A DNA stretch of 64,000 bases from an uncultured Verrucomicrobiota bacterium (GCA_964348665.1 CAYGDP010000005.1:29131-93130), one strand, 5' to 3'; shown: positions 44,378-55,250, counted from the first letter of the stretch. Numbers and translations: made by a program. Notes: generated by a model from the letters alone, not told the origin.

Positions 44378-44682
44378 TAATCAAGCTCCTCGACGAGGCA
44401 GAGGAGGATTTGTTGGCGGGCAGTCGTTTCTACGATGACCAAGAGCCGGGGATCGGGTCGTATTTTTTGGATTGCTTGTTCTCCGACATTGATTCGTTGC
44501 AGCTCTACGCAGGTATTCACCAAGTTGTACATGGCTACCACCGATGCTTGTCGAAGCGTTTTCCGTTCGCGATCTATTATCTCGTCAAAGGCGATGTGGT
44601 TCGTGTATGCGCCGTTTTGGACTGCCGAAGGAATCCATCGTGGATTAAGGAGCGGTTGAAACCCGCACATCCTTCAGATTAA
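44374..44682 (+). CDS. RelE/ParE family toxin
   Basis: VIIKLLDEAEEDLLAGSRFYDDQEPGIGSYF...RCLSKRFPFAIYYLVKGDVVRVCAVLDCRRNPSWIKERL. GTG start at 44374. Confidence 0.8.
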   Translation: MIIKLLDEAEEDLLAGSRFYDDQEPGIGSYFLDCLFSDIDSLQLYAGIHQVVHGYHRCLSKRFPFAIYYLVKGDVVRVCAVLDCRRNPSWIKERLKPAHPSD

Positions 44683-46435
44683 GCTGAATCTCCCTTCGGC
44701 CTTGGAACTCGTTCCAGTCAGCGGTGAAGACGACATCGACACCGAGGGTCGAGGATGGTGGGTTGAGGATGGTATTTTTCAACGACCCAAGGCCGAAGCC
44801 GATGGCGGACAAAGTTACTTCGCTATCGCTCAGTCGCAGTCGCAAATGTTTGCCGTCCGCTCCGACGGTGCTGGCGTTTTTGACTTCGAGATTGCGAGCG
44901 CAGAAAAGTGGTGTTGGATTATCGCACCCGAATGGTTCGAGTTCCTCCAACTCGGCGAGCATTTCTTCGGTCACATCGGCGAGAGAAACTTCGGCGTCAA
45001 TTTCCAAGCGCGGTTGGAGATCTTCCGGTTTTAGCTGTTCCGCCGCGATGGCGTTGAGTTTCTTGCGAAGTTTTTCAACGAACTCGGAGCGCACGGAAAG
45101 ACCGGCGGCAGCGGTATGACCACCGAAGCGGTCAAGAAGTCCGGAACATTTGCCAAGGGCAGCGGTGATGTCGAACCCGTGAATGCTCCGGCAGGAACCA
45201 CGGCCCATGCCGTCGGAGCCTGCCCTGAGCGAAGTCGAAGGGTCAATGCCGATGATACAAGTGGGGCGATAGAATTCTCGGACGATGCGGGCGGCGACGA
45301 TGCCGACCACGCCGATGTGCCAGCCTTCTTTGGCTAGGACGATTGCCCGTTCCTTGCTTGCATCGAAATCGCTCAACATTCCCATCGCTTCCTCCAAGAC
45401 GCGTTTCTCGGTTTGCTGACGTTCACGGTTATTGATGTCGAGAAAGGAGGCGAGTTTTTCGGCGCGATGTTCGTCTTCGGTGAGCAGCAGTTCGAGCGCG
45501 GCTTGGGCGTCGCCGAGCCGTCCGGCGGCATTGAGTCGCGGGCCGAGTCGGAAGCCGACATGGGACGGCTCAATCGTCTTCCCGTGGGGAACGTCGGCTT
45601 TTTCCATCAACTTTTTCAGCCCGATTTTTTCGGTCTGGCCGATCTGGGCGAGCCCAGCGCGCGCGAGGATACGGTTTTCGCCGGTGAGCGGCACGATATC
45701 GGCGATAGTGCCGAGAGCGACTAGGTCAAGATGGGATTTAAGATTGGAGATTTGACCCGCCTTGGCGGGCAGGGATTTGAGATTGGCTGATTTCAGAAGC
45801 GCGTGGGCGAACTTGAAGGCGATACCCGCGCTGCACAAATCCTTCCACAGTGGATTTTCGGAGAGACGCTTTGGATTGACGACAGGACAATCCGGCAATC
45901 CGTTGGCTGGTGGAGTATGATGATCCAGGACGATCACGTCCACGCCGCTTTGTTTGACGCCAGCAATCTGGTCTCGGGAACTTGTGCCACAGTCCACGGC
46001 AATGAGAAGTCTCGGCGAATGTTCGGAGAGACAGCGATCCAAGCCGTCCGTGGTGAGTCCGTAGCCTTCGTCGATGCGATTGGGAAGGAAAAAGGCAATA
46101 TCCGCGCCGAGTGACCGGAGGACGCGCACCAAGAGTGCTGTCGCGGTGACGCCATCCACGTCGTAGTCGCCGTAGATGACGATTTTTTCTTTTTGTTCGA
46201 TGGCGTCCATCAGCCGGCGGATCGCGACAGTCATGTCAGGAAGCAATGATGGGTCAGTTAGATTGGCGAGCCGAGGATTCAGGAAAGCGCGTGCCGCGTC
46301 GGGCGTTGTTTGTCCGCGGCTGGAGAGGATTTGAGCGAGGGTGGGGGAAATATGAAGAGCGGTGGCGATAGAAGAAGAGTGCGGAGAGGGAGGGGAAAGG
46401 AGCCAGCGTTTTTGCATAGGTTGTATGGAGTTCAC
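44645..46435 (-). CDS. recJ: Single-stranded-DNA-specific exonuclease RecJ
   Basis: DHH-family motifs IYGDYDVDGVTA, AVDCGTSS, VIVLDHH and GGHTAAAG. Confidence 0.93.
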   Translation of the reverse strand: MNSIQPMQKRWLLSPPSPHSSSIATALHISPTLAQILSSRGQTTPDAARAFLNPRLANLTDPSLLPDMTVAIRRLMDAIEQKEKIVIYGDYDVDGVTATALLVRVLRSLGADIAFFLPNRIDEGYGLTTDGLDRCLSEHSPRLLIAVDCGTSSRDQIAGVKQSGVDVIVLDHHTPPANGLPDCPVVNPKRLSENPLWKDLCSAGIAFKFAHALLKSANLKSLPAKAGQISNLKSHLDLVALGTIADIVPLTGENRILARAGLAQIGQTEKIGLKKLMEKADVPHGKTIEPSHVGFRLGPRLNAAGRLGDAQAALELLLTEDEHRAEKLASFLDINNRERQQTEKRVLEEAMGMLSDFDASKERAIVLAKEGWHIGVVGIVAARIVREFYRPTCIIGIDPSTSLRAGSDGMGRGSCRSIHGFDITAALGKCSGLLDRFGGHTAAAGLSVRSEFVEKLRKKLNAIAAEQLKPEDLQPRLEIDAEVSLADVTEEMLAELEELEPFGCDNPTPLFCARNLEVKNASTVGADGKHLRLRLSDSEVTLSAIGFGLGSLKNTILNPPSSTLGVDVVFTADWNEFQGRREIQLNLKDVRVSTAP

Positions 46436-46490
46436 GCTTTAGCGTGGGGGAGGAAGCTTTAAGATTCAAGCTAAAGCTTGAACTCCAAAC
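46433..46490. repeat. Intergenic repeat: small hairpin plus the 24-nt unit caagctaaagcttgaactccaaac
   Basis: cacgc-ttta-gcgtg (46433-46446). The 24-mer at 46467-46490 is identical to 61122-61145. Confidence 0.8.
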
Positions 46491-46493
46491 AGA

Positions 46494-49100
46494 TTACATC
46501 GGTTTCGCCGCCATTGTGTCGCCGACGTGGAGATTGCCTTTGCGTTGGCCCCAGAGCAAGACGATCGGGCTGGCGATAAAGATCGAGGAATAAGTCCCGA
46601 CGAGGACGCCGATGAGAATGGCGAGGGTGAAATCCTGGATGGAACTACCTCCGAAAAATAGAATGGCCAGCAGCGTGAGAATGGTCGAGCCGCCTGTGAG
46701 GAGGGTGCGAGAGAGGGTTTCGTTGATGCTAGTGTTCATGATTTGATCGAGAGGAATGCCAGTGTCAGCTTTGAGCTTCAGGCCTTCGCGGATGCGGTCG
46801 AAGATGACGATGGTATCGTTGATGGAATACCCAGCGATCGTAAGCAGCGCGCCAATCATTGGCAGATTCATTTGGTAACCGAGCATGACCATAATCACGA
46901 TCGTGATGATTACGTCGTGAAAGAGTGCAACAATGGCGCCGATGGCGAAGGAGAACTCGAATCGGATGGACACATACATGAGGATGCCGAGCAAGCCCAG
47001 CGCAAGGCCAATCGCAGAATTAAACGCGAACTCAAAGCCGAGCGAGGGACCGACCTTATCCACTCTCCCGAGCATCACGAATTTTGCGTCGGGAAATCCT
47101 GTCTGGAGTGCTTTGACCGTTGCGTCTCCTTTCTCGAATGGGGTTTTCATAGACAAGATTTCCGAGCCGCCGGCTTGCAGTTGAGTTTGGTATTGAAGCG
47201 CGACATCATGCACGCCTGCCTTGGCTAGCGCGGCAGACATTTCCTCGGTGTCGATGCGCTTCTCGAATTTCAAGGAGATCGAGTCGCCGCCCAGAAAATC
47301 CACGCCATACATTTTATCTCCGCGCGCGAAACAAACCGCCAACCCGATGACGATGATGGTCGCGGAAGCCCCGATGGTCCACCATTTCCAACGAAGAAAA
47401 TCAAAGTTTGCGCTCTTGATCAGATGAAACATTTTTATGGAAGTCGTTTTCCCGCGCAGGACAAGCCCGTCAAAATAGATTCGGCTTATCACGAGTGCCG
47501 CGAATATGCTGGTGATAATCCCTGCGGTAAGAACCACGGCAAATCCAAGCACGGGACCGCTTCCGAACTTGATGAGCGCGATCGCCGTGATGATCGTTGT
47601 GAGGTTGGAATCCCAAATTGTCCAAAAAGTCCGCCCGAACGCAGCGGGCACGGCAGCCGCGAGCTTTTTTCCAGAGGCTTGCTCTTCCCGCAGACGTTCG
47701 TAAATCAGCACGTTGGCGTCCACCGCCATGCCAACCGTCAGGATGAGTCCGGCGATGCCGGGCAACGTCAGCGTGAAACCCAACTGGGCGAGGACGCCGA
47801 CCAGAAGGATCAGATTGAGAATCTGGCAGATGTTTGCCGCAATTCCTGCCGTCAGGTAGTAACCTGCCATGAACAGAAACACGGCGATGATTCCGATCGC
47901 GCCCGCGATGAAGCCCGCTTTTACCGATTCCGAGCCGAGCGTGGCTGAGACGGAGCGCTCTTCCTCAATGCTCAACGGATGTTCGAGCGGATTCTGCAAC
48001 GTGGTGGCCAGATATTTGGCTTCGTCGTAGGTGAAGCTGCCAGAGATTTCACCGTCGCCATAGATTGCCCCGTTGATGACAGGAGCAGATTTGAGTTGCC
48101 CGTCAAGGATGATGGCAAGTCGCCTGCCAATGTTCTCGCTGGTGATTTTTCCAAAGATGTCCGCGCCTTTCGCGTTGAACGTGAATGCCACGGAGTTGTT
48201 GTTTGCTTGATCCTGCCGTGGTCTGGCGCTCGTAATATATTGTCCGGTAAGACCGAGCTCGGCGCGATTGCTAACCAAAAGTTTTTCGGTGACCCACTTG
48301 TACTTCTTAAGTTTGGTGTCATATCGGCGGCTCCGTTCTTCCTTAATTTCATACCCAACGGGAATCTCACCGGTAGCTAGGAACTGTTCCATGCGCTCTT
48401 CGTCAGGATAAACGAGTCGAAATTCGAGGACACTGACTCGTTTCAAAGTTTCCACCGCTTCGGCACGTTGCTCGTCGGTAAGCGCGCCGGGAATTTGCAC
48501 CATGATCCGGTCGGGTCCAACGGGTTGAATCAGTGGCTCGGCTACTCCGAGAGCATCCACGCGTTTGCGAATGATTTCAACAACCTGTTCTTGGGCGACT
48601 TGCTGCTCCTGCGCCGTTGGACGCAGTTGATCGTCTTTCTTGCTAAAGTCAATTTTTAACAGGAACGAGCTGCCGCCCCGCAGGTCGAGGCCGAGGGTGA
48701 TTTTGCCGGCGGCTTGTTTGAGCAGTTTACGGAGAATAAGGCGATTCGCCTGGGTGACAGTATCCGCGCTTGCCTTTTCATCGTGCTTGGCGGCGTTCAG
48801 ATAGTCGTAGAGCGTTTCGTCGTGATCTTCTTTCGCGAGCCGGTCGGTGGAAAAATACCGTTTCAACGGGAGCGACTGCTCTTTGACAGCGTCACGGACG
48901 GCTTCGTATTCGCCGATCTTGGCTTCGACGCCCTTCGTTCGGGCGCTGGCGAGAACTTTGGAAAAATCGGCATCCTTGTTGCGCGCCTGCTGTTCGAAGG
49001 TGCGGAGAAAACTTTGATCGTGCGGTGGCCAGAAACTTACCCACGCGTAAATCGTGAGAGCCGCCACGAGCGCCAATCGCCAAAGGATGGACTTGACCAT
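46494..49100 (-). CDS. secDF: Protein translocase subunit SecDF (fused)
   Basis: 868 aa with a large first periplasmic domain and two 6-TM SecD/SecF halves. Follows yajC as in the classical tgt-yajC-secDF cluster. Confidence 0.93.
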   Translation of the reverse strand: MVKSILWRLALVAALTIYAWVSFWPPHDQSFLRTFEQQARNKDADFSKVLASARTKGVEAKIGEYEAVRDAVKEQSLPLKRYFSTDRLAKEDHDETLYDYLNAAKHDEKASADTVTQANRLILRKLLKQAAGKITLGLDLRGGSSFLLKIDFSKKDDQLRPTAQEQQVAQEQVVEIIRKRVDALGVAEPLIQPVGPDRIMVQIPGALTDEQRAEAVETLKRVSVLEFRLVYPDEERMEQFLATGEIPVGYEIKEERSRRYDTKLKKYKWVTEKLLVSNRAELGLTGQYITSARPRQDQANNNSVAFTFNAKGADIFGKITSENIGRRLAIILDGQLKSAPVINGAIYGDGEISGSFTYDEAKYLATTLQNPLEHPLSIEEERSVSATLGSESVKAGFIAGAIGIIAVFLFMAGYYLTAGIAANICQILNLILLVGVLAQLGFTLTLPGIAGLILTVGMAVDANVLIYERLREEQASGKKLAAAVPAAFGRTFWTIWDSNLTTIITAIALIKFGSGPVLGFAVVLTAGIITSIFAALVISRIYFDGLVLRGKTTSIKMFHLIKSANFDFLRWKWWTIGASATIIVIGLAVCFARGDKMYGVDFLGGDSISLKFEKRIDTEEMSAALAKAGVHDVALQYQTQLQAGGSEILSMKTPFEKGDATVKALQTGFPDAKFVMLGRVDKVGPSLGFEFAFNSAIGLALGLLGILMYVSIRFEFSFAIGAIVALFHDVIITIVIMVMLGYQMNLPMIGALLTIAGYSINDTIVIFDRIREGLKLKADTGIPLDQIMNTSINETLSRTLLTGGSTILTLLAILFFGGSSIQDFTLAILIGVLVGTYSSIFIASPIVLLWGQRKGNLHVGDTMAAKPM

Positions 49101-49115
49101 GGGTGTAAGAGTGGA

Positions 49116-50725
<1,610 letters not shown>

Positions 50726-52483
50726 CTAACGCCTGGACTCCAAACCGGATTTTACCCGCGCGGCGATTTCCTTTGCGGCGTCGGCGACGGGCAGCAGCGC
50801 GTTTTCTCCATTCGATCGCACGCGCAATTCGATCTCGCTCTTCGCCAGCGATTTTGCGCCGATGGTGACACGGAGCGGGATGCCGATGAGTTCGGCGTCG
50901 TTGAATTTTACGCCGGGACGTTCATCGCGGTCGTCGAGCAGAACGTCAACGCCTGCCGCTTCGAGTTTGTCATGCAACTCGGTGGCGACTTCGAGCGGTT
51001 TGCCCTTGTCCAGCGCGCAAATGAGAACGTGGAATGGAGCGACGGTCATCGGCCATTGAATTCCTTTCGCATCATTGAAGACTTCGACGATGGCCTGTAA
51101 CGTGCGTGTGACGCCGATTCCGTAACAGCCCATTACGCAAGGATGTTGCTGGCCTTTCTCGTCGAGAAACTGCGCGCCAAGTTTTTCCGCGTATTTCGTG
51201 CCGAGGATGAAGATGTGACCCAGCTCGATGGCAGGCTGTACGGCGAGCGGCTTGTCGCATTGTGGACAACCTTCGCCTGCTGCAGCGAGTCGCAGGTCGG
51301 CCCAAGTAGGCTTTGGAATGTCGCGGTCAAAGTTTACATTGCGAAGATGAAAGCTATCTTGGTTAGCTCCTGTGATCATATTGCTGCTTCCACGCAGGAT
51401 TTCATCTGCGATTACTGGAAGAGAAGTTTGCGTTGTACTGACAACAGCACCGAGAGATCCAACATGGACGCCAAGAATGTTAAATACTTCTTGCTGATTT
51501 GCCGGTCGAAATGGCTTTCCTCCAAGTAGTGCGGTAAGCTTAACTTCGTTAAGCTGGTGATCGCCGCGAAGTAAAACCAGATGCGGTTTGTCTTCGACGA
51601 AATAGACGAGCGTCTTGATCTGGCGATTCGCAGGGACGTTAAAGGGCGGTTTGGTCAAATCCTCGATGGTTTTGACGTTGGGTGTGGGGAATGTTTCCAC
51701 AGGCAGAGACGCCTGTACCGCTATTTCAGAAGATTCAACCTTCGACGTCGCTTTCTCCAGATTCGCGCCGTAACCGCAAGATTGGCAAAGGGCCATCTCG
51801 CATTCACCGACTTCGGCAGGCACAAGAAATTCCTGTGAATGACTGCCGCCCATGACCCCGGTGTCAGCCAGCACGCAGCGGAGTTTTTCCTTTGGGAATC
51901 CGCAGCGCTCAAAGATTCGCTGATACGCGTCGCGCATCGCTTCGTAACTTTTTAAAGCGGTCGCGTCGTCCACGTCGAAAGAGTAGGCATCCTTCATCAC
52001 GAACTCTTTGGCGCGCATGAGGCCGAACCGCGGGCGGATTTCGTTCCGAAACTTCGTTTGAACCTGATAGAAATTCTTCGGCAAATCCCGATAGCTTCGG
52101 AGATGATCGGCGACAAGCGACGTAATTACTTCCTCGTGGGTCGGACCAAAGACTAATTCGCTTCCGGTGGATGGTTTTGAGCCATTGGCGGGAACGACAG
52201 CGAACATGACGTTTTGCGCGGCGTCCCAGCGCGGACCTCGTTGCCACAGCTCCTTCGGACTGAGCGCAGGCATCAATATCTCGATCGCACCCGCGCGATT
52301 CATTTCTTCGCGGACGATTTGGGCGACTTTATTGAGCGCGCGCAGCCCGAGTGGCAGGAACGTGTAGACTCCGCCGGAGAGTTTGCGGATGAGACCCGCT
52401 CGAAGAAGGAGTTGATGACTGACGATCTCCGCGTCTTTCGGCGGTTCTTTCAGCGTCGGTATGAACGTTTGAGACCAGCGCAC
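50726..52483 (-). CDS. proS: Proline--tRNA ligase (bacterial type with INS editing domain)
   Basis: 585 aa with class II motifs (FRNEIRPRFGLMRAKEFVMKDAYSF) and a C-terminal anticodon-binding domain. Confidence 0.94.
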   Translation of the reverse strand: MRWSQTFIPTLKEPPKDAEIVSHQLLLRAGLIRKLSGGVYTFLPLGLRALNKVAQIVREEMNRAGAIEILMPALSPKELWQRGPRWDAAQNVMFAVVPANGSKPSTGSELVFGPTHEEVITSLVADHLRSYRDLPKNFYQVQTKFRNEIRPRFGLMRAKEFVMKDAYSFDVDDATALKSYEAMRDAYQRIFERCGFPKEKLRCVLADTGVMGGSHSQEFLVPAEVGECEMALCQSCGYGANLEKATSKVESSEIAVQASLPVETFPTPNVKTIEDLTKPPFNVPANRQIKTLVYFVEDKPHLVLLRGDHQLNEVKLTALLGGKPFRPANQQEVFNILGVHVGSLGAVVSTTQTSLPVIADEILRGSSNMITGANQDSFHLRNVNFDRDIPKPTWADLRLAAAGEGCPQCDKPLAVQPAIELGHIFILGTKYAEKLGAQFLDEKGQQHPCVMGCYGIGVTRTLQAIVEVFNDAKGIQWPMTVAPFHVLICALDKGKPLEVATELHDKLEAAGVDVLLDDRDERPGVKFNDAELIGIPLRVTIGAKSLAKSEIELRVRSNGENALLPVADAAKEIAARVKSGLESRR

Positions 52484-52541
52484 GCGGGGATATTAGCGGC
52501 ATGTGCGGCGCAGACAAGAATAAACCGCTAAGATGCAGCGG

Positions 52542-53042
52542 CTATTCGTTCAACAAATCCTGCGGGAATCCGTCGCGCGGGTCGGTGAGGCCGGCCAGCA
52601 TCGCCAACTCGCGAAACATCTTGCGCAATGCGCCCGTTTCGGTTTTGGATATTCCGTCCGTGGGGATCAAATGAAGTTGCCAGGTTTGACGGTCGAGAGC
52701 GACGCTGACAACGATACCGTCCCAAACGGTGTTTCCCGTGGGTTCGCACGAAATTGTGGGGGATTGGCCGTTAGGAGCAAATGCTTTAATGCTTTCGACG
52801 AGACGATCAACGGCTTCCGGGGATACATCGAGTCGTTTGGCAGTCCAATCGGGTTCGATGTTCCCCTTCACATCATTCCATCGTTTGGTGAGCAGCTCCA
52901 GTTTTGCGGGGCGATCATGAAATCCAAAGGCTTCGAGACGGCCAACAAGCTGGAGGTCACCGCCGCTGATTTCGTGATGGCTTGTTACGATGAAAAGCAT
53001 CTCGAGATGAATGAAATTTCGTATTGGTTCGCTCATTTGCAT
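52542..53042 (-). CDS. Hypothetical protein (no family recognised)
   Basis: 166-aa ORF with a globular-looking composition. Preferred over the antisense ORF 52533-53096. Ends 59 bp upstream of proS and is divergent from the first SLATT-like gene. Confidence 0.55.
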   Translation of the reverse strand: MQMSEPIRNFIHLEMLFIVTSHHEISGGDLQLVGRLEAFGFHDRPAKLELLTKRWNDVKGNIEPDWTAKRLDVSPEAVDRLVESIKAFAPNGQSPTISCEPTGNTVWDGIVVSVALDRQTWQLHLIPTDGISKTETGALRKMFRELAMLAGLTDPRDGFPQDLLNE

Positions 53043-53117
53043 GCAAGCGTAGCATGGCTTAGAAACGAGTCAATCACCCGTTTTGTGCGGGCTTGACACG
53101 GGCTAGTGCGCGGCTTT

Positions 53118-54176
53118 ATGGGTGGAGCGATGGATGTGTTGCAATTGAGCGTTATTTTTGTACGGACGGCTGTGGAATCTGGCACAGAGTCCGATGAATC
53201 GAGCTGGCCGGCGTTGCGCAACCACGTCCGGCGTGCGCAAAAAGAGGAGGATGAGAAAGCTAAAAAAATGCAATCGAGCCGGAATTGGATTGCCCGCGGG
53301 TTGGTCTGGCTCGGCCCTCTGGCGGTGGCAGTTTTAGCATTGGATATTACATTCTCGCCGGACAACCGATTCGAACTATGGCTTTGGTTTATCGAGTTTG
53401 CCATTTTAATCACGATGTTGGTTTTAACAGCGCGAGGGCTCGGAAAAAAAACTCACGAGGAGTGGGTGATGACTCGATTGCGAGCGGAGTTGTTGCGACG
53501 GGAAGAGTATTTGTTTCGCACGCGGCTCGGCCCGTACTTGAGCGACGCCTCTCGGGAGTGGGTTCATCAGCGCGTCTCCGGGATTCAGACCAGCGACGAG
53601 TTGTTGCGATTTACAGCGATGCAGGGCGAACGGCGGGCCAATTGGCATGATGAGTTGGCGGACGCGTGTTTCGAGAATTCGCAAGCAGTCGTGACGATTG
53701 AGCCGGGGTTTGTCGAGTCGTATTTGGATGAACGGCTGGACGATCAAATCAAATATTTTGAAGGACGCAAGTCCTTCAGCAGAATTCAAGAGTGGCGATT
53801 TGAGTTGATCTTGCAATTGGCGCTCATCGCCGCGTTGGTGCTATCCGTGTTGCGGATGATTCCAGATCACGGTGAGCCGCTTTACCGAACGATCAGCTTG
53901 GTTGGCTTGTGTTTACCCGCATTGTGCAGCGGCATCGTCGCTTGGCACGCAGCGTTTGAATATCGGCGAAATCACCGGGCGAGTGAGCAGAAACTTATCG
54001 AATTGCGCCAATTGAAATCCGATTTGGAAGCGCTGCACAAGGAAAATGCGGAGAAAACGGCGGGAGGCGTCTTGCGCATCAAACGCAAGGTTTTGGACAC
54101 GGAAGCAGTCTTGTCGCAGGAACTCTATGAGTGGTGGCTGATCATTGACGCGGCGGAACCCAAAGCCGGAATGTAA
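53118..54176 (+). CDS. 4-TM protein made of two SLATT/DUF4231-like 2-TM modules (paralog A)
   Basis: The first TM hairpin (LVWLGPLAVAVLAL / WLWFIEFAILITMLVLTA) is followed by HEEWVMTRLRAELLRREEYLFRTRLGPYL. The second module is DDQIKYFEGRKS plus a TM hairpin (LILQLALIAALVLSVL / ISLVGLCLPALCSGIVAW) plus a helix. The start is uncertain (GTG 53106, ATG 53118 or 53130). Confidence 0.7.
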   Translation: MGGAMDVLQLSVIFVRTAVESGTESDESSWPALRNHVRRAQKEEDEKAKKMQSSRNWIARGLVWLGPLAVAVLALDITFSPDNRFELWLWFIEFAILITMLVLTARGLGKKTHEEWVMTRLRAELLRREEYLFRTRLGPYLSDASREWVHQRVSGIQTSDELLRFTAMQGERRANWHDELADACFENSQAVVTIEPGFVESYLDERLDDQIKYFEGRKSFSRIQEWRFELILQLALIAALVLSVLRMIPDHGEPLYRTISLVGLCLPALCSGIVAWHAAFEYRRNHRASEQKLIELRQLKSDLEALHKENAEKTAGGVLRIKRKVLDTEAVLSQELYEWWLIIDAAEPKAGM

Positions 54177-54212
54177 GCGCAACCATCGGGGGTCTTGACA
54201 AGGACGGCGCGG

Positions 54213-55250
54213 ATGTGGATTCTCCGAGTGGCGATGTCCGAGCCCCAAAACAATTCCGCAACTTCATGCGACCCGAATTTTGACGCGCTGGAACGCGCTC
54301 GCGCGGCGCAGGATGGCATTGCCCGGAAGCATCAGAGCCGGCGGAAAGGATTGGCTTTGGTATTGCTGGCGTTGAGTGTGATCGCTGTCCTCTGCGGCGC
54401 GATGCAAGGTGCTTGGTTTCCGTTGGAGGGACATACGGAATCGCAGAAATTCATCGCGGTCGGCCTGATTCTCGTCGAGATGTTGGTGTTGGCGGGAATG
54501 TTAGTGTTGGACCGCGTGAAATACGCCGAGGCGAAACATCAGGAGTGGGTTGGGGCGCGGTTGCGCGCGGAGTTGTTGCGTCGCGAAGGGTTCCTCTACC
54601 GGGCGCGGGTCGGACCCTATCTCGCGCGGAGCGACTTGGGACAACGCGTTGCGGACCGCATCTCCCAGATTTCCACGTCAAAAGATTTGTTGTCTCACCT
54701 GTCGTTGCGCGGCGAACACGCGACCTGGCAGGATGAATTGGAAGACGAACGTCATCGAGGCGAGGAAACGCAGCCGCCGGTGGGCGCCGATCTGAATCAA
54801 TCTTTCTCATTCTATCGACAACAGCGCATTGCGGACCAGCAGGGATATTTTGACGCCAAGGCGCGCCAGTTTCAACGGCTGGATTTTCGGCTCAAGGTCG
54901 TTGCCAAGACGGTTGTGACGCTGGCGTTATTGATGAGCACGGCCCACTTTTCGCTGCTTTGGGCGGAGCAGCAACTCGCGCCACTGGCGTTTCTCGCGCA
55001 TTTTCTTCCCGCGTTGAGCGGCGCGATGATCGCGTGGCGGGAAACAGTCCAGAGCAAACGCCTCAAGATGACGTACCGCCGAAAGAGCTCGCAACTGGAA
55101 GAATTACAACGGGATTTTCGTCGACTGACCGAAAACCCGTCGCCATTTTTTTTCAAGCGATTGGTCTTGCGAACCGAAACGGTTCTCTCCCAAGACCTGT
55201 ACGAATGGTGGTTGGTGATGAACCCCGTGACGCCGGAAGGCGATCATTAG
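54213..55250 (+). CDS. 4-TM protein made of two SLATT/DUF4231-like 2-TM modules (paralog B)
   Basis: Same layout as paralog A, with HQEWVGARLRAELLRREGFLYRARVGPYL, ADQQGYFDAKAR and C-terminal VLSQDLYEWWLV (A has VLSQELYEWWLI). The ATG at 54213 has AAGGA 8 nt upstream; alternative starts are 54195 (TTG) and 54234. Confidence 0.7.
   Translation: MWILRVAMSEPQNNSATSCDPNFDALERARAAQDGIARKHQSRRKGLALVLLALSVIAVLCGAMQGAWFPLEGHTESQKFIAVGLILVEMLVLAGMLVLDRVKYAEAKHQEWVGARLRAELLRREGFLYRARVGPYLARSDLGQRVADRISQISTSKDLLSHLSLRGEHATWQDELEDERHRGEETQPPVGADLNQSFSFYRQQRIADQQGYFDAKARQFQRLDFRLKVVAKTVVTLALLMSTAHFSLLWAEQQLAPLAFLAHFLPALSGAMIAWRETVQSKRLKMTYRRKSSQLEELQRDFRRLTENPSPFFFKRLVLRTETVLSQDLYEWWLVMNPVTPEGDH

Noticed and set aside
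52533-53096. 187-aa plus-strand ORF overlapping the 166-aa minus-strand ORF
   Set aside because: The minus-strand product has a more protein-like composition and sits in operon-like position upstream of proS. The plus ORF would start inside the proS promoter region. Confidence in this choice is only moderate.
53093-53121. TTGACA-N17-TTATGG as a sigma-70-like promoter for the first SLATT-like gene
   Set aside because: The -35 is perfect but the -10 candidate is poor and overlaps a candidate start codon. PVC promoter consensus is uncertain, so this is not reportable as a feature.
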